DNA of 54,102 nt, from positions 1 to 54,102 of the forward strand of contig MWYU01000741.1 in NCBI GenBank assembly GCA_002050375.1, read 5' to 3'. Made by a program: the position numbers and the translations under genes. Shown in pieces: positions 48,999 to 54,102 of the stretch; position 1 is the stretch's first letter; each line of letters begins with the position of its first letter. Below the pieces are notes generated by a model that was given only the letters and a program-made list of their open reading frames with translations, ran no database searches and was not told where the DNA came from. The DNA comes from Chitinophagales bacterium 62-2. GTDB taxonomy: Bacteria > Bacteroidota > Bacteroidia > Chitinophagales > Chitinophagaceae.

Positions 48999-50120
48999 TT
49001 ATTTTTTATTCCTTAAGCCCCCTTCATGGGGTTTGGGGGTAAACCAATAAAGCAGCAACCCATGACCCATACCTGGCGGATCAGTTGATTTAGCCACCTG
49101 AAAAGCCATGAACTTACTATTTGTGGCAACAACCGGATTAGCTGCTTTACCACCTTCATAATCGTTGAACTGTGTAAGTCGCACAAAATCTTTTCCTGTT
49201 CCGTCAAGCCTTAGTTTCCAAATGTCAATATTAGCTGAACCTCTCCTGCCTCCCAGCCATTCACATTGCCTGTCGGATTCAACTGCCACATATTTTCCGT
49301 CAGGAAAAATGCCTTCCGGTTCATTGAAAGAGCCAGGGGCTTTAGAAAAATTAGTTACCTGGTCGTTCGTCAAGTCAATTCCTTTTACTTCAAATGCACC
49401 GTCCGGTACATAACAGAAAAAGGTAAGTTTCGTATCATTATCATAAAAGTCCTGGGCTTCAAGTGTACACACTTTGTCGATATTCGTTAAAACTGTTTTT
49501 TGATTCGTTAGTCTTGGCGTACCTCCGTTAACATCAATGTCAGCCACCACTAATTGTGACAACTTTTGAGTGGTATCAGGAAGGAGTTTTGTATAAGCTA
49601 TCTTCATGCTTTTCTTCGAAATAGCTATGCCTTCATTAACCTTAAGACCAATTTTAACGGGCCTGGCATTTTGCTCTTTGCTTAAGTACCAAACATCAGC
49701 ATCTTTTTTGCTCGCTACAGCATTTTCAAAATGATCAGGTCCAATTAAAAGATAATCACCATTTGAAAGATGCATCACTCTTAAAAATGTAGCGCCTGGC
49801 ATATTACATGTTAAGCAGGTGATCTGTCTTGTCTTAAGATCAATCGACATCGCGTCACCAAAAGTTTTCGATATAAAGGCTACACTGTTATTGTTTGGAG
49901 ATATGTCTGCACGCTCACCAAAAAGAGTTAATACTTCAATGTTCTTCGGAAGGCTTTTAAGTGGATCGCCTATTTTCCTTTTAGCTAACGGTTTAGGCAA
50001 TGATGCAACGGGTTCAGGCTGTCCTATACAAGTATGCAAACAAGCAATAAAAAAAATAAAAAGAATAGTTCTTGGATACATATACATCATTTCATTATTG
50101 CTGTTATACATCCTGATCAA
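48999..50120 (-). CDS. Secreted TolB/PD40-like beta-propeller hypothetical protein; start uncertain (several Met)
   Basis: ERADISP, EPEGIFPDGKY..VESDR, DIWKL and RLT.F repeats. Confidence 0.65.
   Translation of the reverse strand: MIRMYNSNNEMMYMYPRTILFIFFIACLHTCIGQPEPVASLPKPLAKRKIGDPLKSLPKNIEVLTLFGERADISPNNNSVAFISKTFGDAMSIDLKTRQITCLTCNMPGATFLRVMHLSNGDYLLIGPDHFENAVASKKDADVWYLSKEQNARPVKIGLKVNEGIAISKKSMKIAYTKLLPDTTQKLSQLVVADIDVNGGTPRLTNQKTVLTNIDKVCTLEAQDFYDNDTKLTFFCYVPDGAFEVKGIDLTNDQVTNFSKAPGSFNEPEGIFPDGKYVAVESDRQCEWLGGRRGSANIDIWKLRLDGTGKDFVRLTQFNDYEGGKAANPVVATNSKFMAFQVAKSTDPPGMGHGLLLYWFTPKPHEGGLRNKK
49017..49040 (-). repeat. REP-like element, family B variant, inside the 3' end of the beta-propeller gene
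   Basis: Minus strand reads ACCCCCAAACCCCATGAAGGGGGC, encoding TPKPHEGG. Confidence 0.55.
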
Positions 50121-50148
50121 CTATAACGCTTATTAGAAAGTTATCCTT

Positions 50149-51108
50149 CTACCTGTTGACAACATTTACCGGACTACCATTAAGAAATGCAGTTAAATTA
50201 TTTACGGTAATTTCCATTAACCTTTCCCTTGCCTCTTTTGTTGCCCAGGCAATATGCGGAGTGATGATGCAGTTTTTTGCTTTGAATAAAGGGTTATCTT
50301 TTGAAGGCGGCTCAACCGAAAGCACATCAATACCTGCTCCTGCAATCACATCATTATTTAGTGCATCTGCCAGGTCTTCGTCAACAATGATTGGTCCACG
50401 CGAGGTGTTTAAAAGGAACGAGGAACGTTTCATTCGTTGTAAACTCTCCTTATTAATTAACCCTTTGGTTTCAGGAAATAACGGGCAATGAATACTTACC
50501 ACATCAGATTGCTCTAACAGTTGCGGTACATCTGCCCATTGAAAGTTTCTACGGTGAGACTGATCAGTTTGCGTTCTGCTCGATCCGATGATATTCATAC
50601 CAAACGCAGAAGCAACATCTCCCACCTGCTGCCCTATTCTTCCAAAACCAATGATGCCAATTGTTTTGCCTGCCAGTTCAACTAAAGGATAATCCCAGAA
50701 ACACCAGTCAGCCGATCGGGCCCACTTACCGTCCATGACAGCATCACTATGGCGCTGGACATGCAGGCATAATTCTAATAACAATGCAAAGGTCATTTGC
50801 ACAACTGAGGTAGTTCCATAACCGGGTACATTGGAAACAATTACTCCTCTTTGCTTTGCTACCTCAGTGTTCACAATGTTATATCCTGTCGCCAACACAC
50901 CTATAAACTTTAACTCAGGAAGATGGTTTAAAGCATCCTCACTAACAGGAGTTTTATTAGTAAAAACAATCTCAGCATCTGAGGCACGTTCAACAACTTT
51001 ATCAGCGGGAGTCCTATCATGAACAGTTACATCTCCTAATTTTTTAAATCCATCCCAGTTCAAATCACCCGGGTTGAGCGTATATCCATCCAGTATTACA
51101 ATCTTCAT
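50149..51108 (-). CDS. D-2-hydroxyacid dehydrogenase (glycerate dehydrogenase / hydroxypyruvate reductase-like)
   Basis: LDGYTLNPGDL, ATGYN, GFGRIG, HCPL, NTSRG and TPHIAW motifs. Confidence 0.92.
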   Translation of the reverse strand: MKIVILDGYTLNPGDLNWDGFKKLGDVTVHDRTPADKVVERASDAEIVFTNKTPVSEDALNHLPELKFIGVLATGYNIVNTEVAKQRGVIVSNVPGYGTTSVVQMTFALLLELCLHVQRHSDAVMDGKWARSADWCFWDYPLVELAGKTIGIIGFGRIGQQVGDVASAFGMNIIGSSRTQTDQSHRRNFQWADVPQLLEQSDVVSIHCPLFPETKGLINKESLQRMKRSSFLLNTSRGPIIVDEDLADALNNDVIAGAGIDVLSVEPPSKDNPLFKAKNCIITPHIAWATKEARERLMEITVNNLTAFLNGSPVNVVNR

Positions 51109-51126
51109 ATTTGTTTTATTTTGACG

Positions 51127-51157
51127 TCACCCTCAATCCCTCTCCGAAGGAGAGGGA
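51127..51157 (-). repeat. REP-like hairpin, family A (inverted relative to 13367)
   Basis: Minus strand reads TCCCTCTCC-TTC-GGAGAGGGA-TTGAGGGTGA. Confidence 0.75.
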
Positions 51158-51262
51158 GGCCAGGCATTTGTTTTTTTATAAACTTTTGCACTGACGTGGT
51201 TAAGCATAATTAATTTATTCTGCTCTTTAAAATTTTAAATAACCTGATAGCAATTCCATTGC

Positions 51263-52174
51263 TTACACTCTTGCCCATGCCTCATTTAAAGTGCGTTTGG
51301 CATTTGCAATAACTACATCCGGATCTTCGTCGCCAAAAGGTTTTATTTCGAAGCTTACAATTGGTGGCTTCTTATCATTAAGAAAACCAATTTGCAGCAG
51401 CACCCTTAAATAATCAACCACCTGTTCTACATCATTTTCTCCACCCGGAAAACCAAACCTTGGATGAACATCTCCATAACCCGGCATATCTGCGCTTTTA
51501 ACCACACAATTACCAATATGCGCATGAATAATATAATCTTTAACAGGCAAAAGAGATTCTTCAATAGTTTCATGAATTAGGGGGATGTGGCTCAAATCAA
51601 CCATTAAACCAAAGTGCTCGTGCTCTTCCCTGATTTCTTTGGCATATCGTAACGCTAAAGAAGCGGGTCCTATCAAACTCTTTTTATCAACGTCATAATC
51701 AAATACTTCAAGAGAGACTCTCATATTGCCTTTGCCCTTTACATAAGTACATATTTCTTTGGTCGATTTTACAAGCGCCTGGAATGATTCTTCTTTTGTG
51801 GCTTCTTCATATTTACCACTCAGGAAAGCAAAAGCAGATGCACCAATTTCATAGGCTTCGTCTATACCTTCTTTTAAGTTTGCCAATGCCCTTTGTCTTC
51901 CTTCTTCATTCAGATCATTTATATTGAGACCTGTAGTTAATAGTCTTGGTTGTGCACCATATGTATAAGACATGTGCGATGTTTCAAGCATTTGCTTTAC
52001 TTTTTGCCGCTCCGCATTATCTTTTATAGTGGTTATCTCAACAGCTGTAAAGTAATGATCGAGCGCTACTTTTTTAATGGTTTCTAAAATTGGCCCTTCC
52101 CCTTTTATTGTTGTTGGATAAGCCATAAAGTGCACGAGGCCAACTCTCATGTATTTGTATAATGGTTCGTTCAT
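51263..52174 (-). CDS. Xylose-isomerase-like TIM-barrel protein (sugar-phosphate isomerase/epimerase family)
   Basis: Candidate metal ligands in LEVFD, VDLSH, HAHIGN, D.HP.FG and SFEIKP. Confidence 0.82.
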   Translation of the reverse strand: MNEPLYKYMRVGLVHFMAYPTTIKGEGPILETIKKVALDHYFTAVEITTIKDNAERQKVKQMLETSHMSYTYGAQPRLLTTGLNINDLNEEGRQRALANLKEGIDEAYEIGASAFAFLSGKYEEATKEESFQALVKSTKEICTYVKGKGNMRVSLEVFDYDVDKKSLIGPASLALRYAKEIREEHEHFGLMVDLSHIPLIHETIEESLLPVKDYIIHAHIGNCVVKSADMPGYGDVHPRFGFPGGENDVEQVVDYLRVLLQIGFLNDKKPPIVSFEIKPFGDEDPDVVIANAKRTLNEAWARV

Positions 52175-52182
52175 GCCGGTTT

Positions 52183-53964
52183 TTATTTTGTTACAGTTAA
52201 TGTAGGTATTTTATTATTGGTGATTTTACGGTTGGTAAAAATGATAATGGCAGCAAGCGCGATTAATACAAGAGCCAGCACAAGTAAATAAGTATAGCCT
52301 TTTGATAAATCGGGAGTTATTGCTACAGCGTTAGCTGTAAGCATTTGATATTTGGGAATAACACCGGGATATAAGTACGCCTGTCCCAAAACAATGAAGC
52401 ATATAAAAGCGAGCATGATAAAACTATGCTTAACAGTGAACCTGAACAGCTCAGATTCTTTTCCAACAAGATGGCCTGCTGCTGCCGCAACAGCGATTGA
52501 TTGAGGAGAGATCATTTTTCCGACAACACCGCCCGAAACATTCGCGCCTACAGTTACTACCGGATCAACCCCAATAGATGTAGCGGTAGCTGCCTGAAGC
52601 TTTCCAAACAACGCATTTGCAGACGTATCAGAACCTGTTATGAAAACACCTAACCATCCCAAAACAGGTGCAAAGAAAGGAAATAGGAAACCGGTGCTTG
52701 CTAATGCCTGTGCGATAGTTATGGTGATACCCGAATCATTCACGATGTATGCAAATGCTAAAACAGATGCTATGGTAAGGAGTGGAAACCGCAGTTGCTT
52801 AAGTGTTTCTCCAAATATTTTTACAGCCTCACTAAACTTTAAACCGATTAATGGAATAGAAATGATAGCTGAAAGTAATATAGCGGTACCTGCGGCAGAT
52901 AAGTAATTGAATTTATAAATATGTGGCAGAGGTTTTCCGTTCTTATCAATAATTACATTATGTAATCCTGGAAATTCAAATTGCAGCTGGCCTATAGAAT
53001 TAAAAAGGTCTTTGATGGGCTGCATTCCCCATGCTATAATCATTACCGTTAATAGTATAAACGGAGACCATGCCCTTATTATTTGGCCTGTAGTATATTT
53101 TTCTTCCAAATTTATTGTTGCGGCAGGTTCGTTTTCAAACCGCCAAATGTTTTTAGGTTTCCAGAATTTAAGAAAAACAACAAGTGAAACTATGGAACCA
53201 ATACCGGCAATTACGTCGGGAAGAGCCGGACCCAGAAAATTAGAAGAGAACCATTGCAGGAAAGCGAAAGAGATTCCCGATACTAATATTGCCGGTAATA
53301 CTTCGGTTGTTCTCTTAATGCCCGACATTAGAATTACCAGGTAAAAAGGAAGCATTATTGATAAGATAGGAAGTGTGCGTCCAACTATTTGTGATATAGC
53401 CATTTCAGGAATTGAGGTAACCTGTGATGCAACAGTGATCGGTATACCAATAGCACCAAATGCAACAGGTGCAGTATTGGCAATAAGACAGATGCCGGCG
53501 GCATAAAGAGGATTGAAACCGAGGCCAACGAGCATTGCTGCGGTTATCGCTACAGGAGCTCCAAAGCCTGCAGTACCTTCTAAAAAAGAGCCAAAGGAAA
53601 ACGCAATGAGCAAAGCCTGCAACCTCCTGTCCGAAGTAATCGAAGCCATGAAGTGTTTAATAATTTCGAACTGACCGCTTTTAACAGTTATATTAAACAG
53701 GAAAACTGCTGTTATAACTATCCATCCAATAGGAAACAAACCATATAAAGCACCATTTGCAGTTGATAGCAACGCAAGGTTTAAAGGCATACCGTAAACA
53801 AAAATGGCAATGAGGATTGCAATACCAACAGCTATTAAGCTAGCCTGATAACCTTTCATCTTCTTTATGATCAGTGCCCAGAATATAAAGAGAATAGGCA
53901 CTACAGCAACCAAGGCCGATAAAGCAATGTTATTAAAGGGATCGATGACTTGTGTCCAGTTCAT
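52183..53964 (-). CDS. L-lactate/glycolate permease (LctP family)
   Basis: D.RLQALLIAFSFG.FLEG.AGFGAP, NTAPVAFG, GSDTSANALFG and GKMISPQS motifs. Confidence 0.93.
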   Translation of the reverse strand: MNWTQVIDPFNNIALSALVAVVPILFIFWALIIKKMKGYQASLIAVGIAILIAIFVYGMPLNLALLSTANGALYGLFPIGWIVITAVFLFNITVKSGQFEIIKHFMASITSDRRLQALLIAFSFGSFLEGTAGFGAPVAITAAMLVGLGFNPLYAAGICLIANTAPVAFGAIGIPITVASQVTSIPEMAISQIVGRTLPILSIMLPFYLVILMSGIKRTTEVLPAILVSGISFAFLQWFSSNFLGPALPDVIAGIGSIVSLVVFLKFWKPKNIWRFENEPAATINLEEKYTTGQIIRAWSPFILLTVMIIAWGMQPIKDLFNSIGQLQFEFPGLHNVIIDKNGKPLPHIYKFNYLSAAGTAILLSAIISIPLIGLKFSEAVKIFGETLKQLRFPLLTIASVLAFAYIVNDSGITITIAQALASTGFLFPFFAPVLGWLGVFITGSDTSANALFGKLQAATATSIGVDPVVTVGANVSGGVVGKMISPQSIAVAAAAGHLVGKESELFRFTVKHSFIMLAFICFIVLGQAYLYPGVIPKYQMLTANAVAITPDLSKGYTYLLVLALVLIALAAIIIFTNRKITNNKIPTLTVTK

Positions 53965-53970
53965 GGGAGG

Positions 53971-53998
53971 TTATGAGTTATGAATGATGAATTATGAA
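53971..53998. repeat. Heptamer tandem repeat, 4 units, just upstream of the permease start
   Basis: TTATGAG TTATGAA TGATGAA TTATGAA; same family as 46673-46749. Confidence 0.75.
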
Positions 53999-54102
53999 TC
54001 AATGTCGTTGAGTTAAGCCATTTATTTTTTCCACGCTAAGACGCACAGGAGTACAACGCGAAGTCGCAAAGGAAAGCCATTCTTGCTTTGCATATTTACT
54101 CC

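Noticed and set aside
54030-54090. Possible repeat or RNA element (CGCTAAGACGCACAG...CGCGAAGTCGCAAAG)
   Set aside because: Too degenerate and cut by the window edge to support a call.

Overview
AT-rich bacterial chromosome segment. Gene content (fused secDF, TonB-dependent receptor + DUF4249, DUF1573 pair, fused E1 alpha/beta) and TAnnTTTG promoter motifs point to Bacteroidota, probably Chitinophagaceae-like (inference). Four zones: (1) 1-4.1 kb, a disturbed accessory patch with a frameshifted alpha/beta-hydrolase whose last 150 bp recur, diverged, 1.8 kb downstream around a membrane-protein gene; (2) 4.1-32.3 kb, mostly housekeeping genes (csbD, App1/DAG-kinase pair, secDF, E1, aminotransferase, Nif3, recN, fabI, gatC and others) with REP-like hairpins and short tandem repeats; (3) 32.3-40.2 kb, a putative arsenosugar/arsenolipid tailoring cluster (arsC, sterol-desaturase family, purine nucleoside phosphorylase, truncated DUF547, TIGR04282- and TIGR04283-type transferases, acyltransferase, VOC protein) with no arsM or arsS in the window; (4) 40.3-54 kb, eroded MFS and LacI remnants, then a 13-kb minus-strand run linking uncharacterised secreted glycoside-hydrolase-like proteins to a lactate/glycolate permease, TIM-barrel isomerase, hydroxyacid dehydrogenase and glycerate kinase. 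No rRNA, tRNA, CRISPR array, integrase or transposase was recognised. All family calls come from motif recognition by eye, not from database searches.
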